A DNA stretch of 64,000 bases from Dicyema japonicum (lineage: Eukaryota > Animalia > Dicyemida). Where the stretch lies: positions 1,260,350-1,324,349 of the forward strand of contig RDEW01000013.1 in NCBI GenBank assembly GCA_011109175.1. The letters are read 5' to 3'. Below, piece after piece: positions 62,700-64,000 of this stretch. The notes below the pieces were generated by a model. It worked only from the letters and a program-made list of their open reading frames with translations. It was not told where the DNA came from and ran no database searches. A program made the translations under genes and the position numbers. Within the stretch, counting starts at the first letter, position 1. Every line of letters begins with the position of its first letter.

Positions 62700-63700
62700 C
62701 TCTTTTTTGGACATTCAAAAATATGGCGTATCTGTATATTGCCTGCTAGAAATGTAAGTGACCGGCGGATTGTGCGAGAAGGATTAGCTATACATAAGGA
62801 TGTTGTCCCCCTTTGTACAGATACTGGAAAGTTAAGACAGGATCTTTGTAATACAAGTTGGATGGAGCCTAATAAAGAGTCAAGGATGCTTGCTTCAATC
62901 ATAAATGTCTAAACAATGTGGGTGTTATGAGGAATCATGAAGAGCTTGACAACTTCTACGAGGAATTGGGGAGAACAATGACGGAACTTCGATCTCCCTA
63001 TCGGTTGCTGCGTACTGAATGCCAAGATAAGAGTCCAAAATCGGTCGAAGTGAATGGAATCGGAAACAGTTTGTTCAAAATACAAGAACCGAATGAATTA
63101 AAAATGGCAAAAAAACTTGAAATTTATTTTTCATTTTTGGATGTCGAATATTATCAATCTTAGATTCCCTAAATAATGGAAAATTTGTCTTTAATATTGT
63201 TAGTCGTGTTTTTCGAAGCAGATCCTAAGTTAGTTGCAGTTATTGCAAGAATTGAGGGAGAGAGGCAATCAAAAAAGTGGGGTACCAAGGCGAGGTACTT
63301 ATCATTGTACATATACTGGAAGGTTAACGACAGGATCTATGTAATGCATTTTGACTTATGTGTAAGCAGCTATGCGTTAGAGACGTCTCTATTTATCTTC
63401 CGTCGAATAATTCTCCCAATTTACTTTAGGGATGTGATGGATGGTTTTTTTCAAGAAAAGGATAATATCTTATTGGAATAACGATGAGAACAATCATTAA
63501 ATTGGCTTTGGGAAGAAGATTGAGAGATGAAATATCCAAGGAAAAAAATAAACTAATAAAATGAATCAGAGGATAGAAGGCACTGAGAACAAAAGTCCAG
63601 AACACGGATATACAAAAGATGCATAAATAAGGGGAGAGGGAAACTAGTGAGGATCCAAGTCTATTAGCATGACTAAAATACGATACCTCATCTAACTCCT
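62700..63700 (+). mobile_element. Probable RTE-clade APE endonuclease remnant
   Basis: EELDNFYEELGRTM resembles the RTE APE motif EE.E.FY..L. The rest is too decayed to align by eye. Confidence 0.4.
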
Positions 63701-64000
63701 AATTTCATGTTATTAATACAGTCTAACCTCCATTTGGAACGCCAAATGTTCCAAAAATAGAGGTTACGCCAAAAATCGTACAAAAATTTATTTATTGAGT
63801 ACATAACTATACTTTGTTGATTATAAACCTTAGAATTTAACGGAAAACTAACAAACTAACAGGCCCAGCATTGTCCAATAGCAGAATAATTTTCCGATTT
63901 TGTGATAAAAAATGTTCATTAATCCTATGAAGCTAACATCAAAACACATCTTTTGTCATCCATGCATTTTTGGATGTTGTTTATTATGGCTTGACGGGAG

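Noticed and set aside
63176-63481. 101-aa ORF as a host gene
   Set aside because: No domain or micro-intron pattern; it lies in a probable decayed RTE region.

Overview
AT-rich eukaryotic (metazoan-type) genomic DNA, not prokaryotic: no operons, rRNA or CRISPR. Five host genes are recognisable: an FKBP4/5-type immunophilin (5776-7204,+), a Dbl-homology RhoGEF (~39300-42100,+), a PACSIN/syndapin F-BAR protein (49078-50093,-), a K+-dependent Na+/Ca2+ exchanger (52483-54249,+) and an RBM5/RBM10-type splicing factor (~57300-58660,+). Most of their introns are GT-AG micro-introns of 19-33 nt. This suggests a reduced parasitic animal such as a dicyemid or myxozoan (inference). Most of the remaining DNA is decayed transposons: Jockey/I-group, RTE, R4/Dong-type and CRE-type non-LTR elements, retroviral-type integrase remnants, hAT (Buster-type) and pogo/Tigger DNA transposons, a tRNA-derived SINE family, and an unclassified ~285-bp repeat. 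About 12876-23610 is duplicated at 30941-39127 with reciprocal deletions. The most unusual items are: (i) a SINE in the RBM5/10 gene that appears to supply the splice acceptor and possibly the donor; (ii) a strictly 22-nt-phased array with an invariant ACCCTAA (telomere-motif) core next to a 91-bp tandem array; (iii) a ~95-bp conserved-core/variable-linker array just upstream of RBM5/10; (iv) an unidentified micro-intron gene at ~29.0-32.8 kb. Several genes show single-base frame breaks that are probably assembly errors. All protein assignments come from remembered family motifs; no database search was run.
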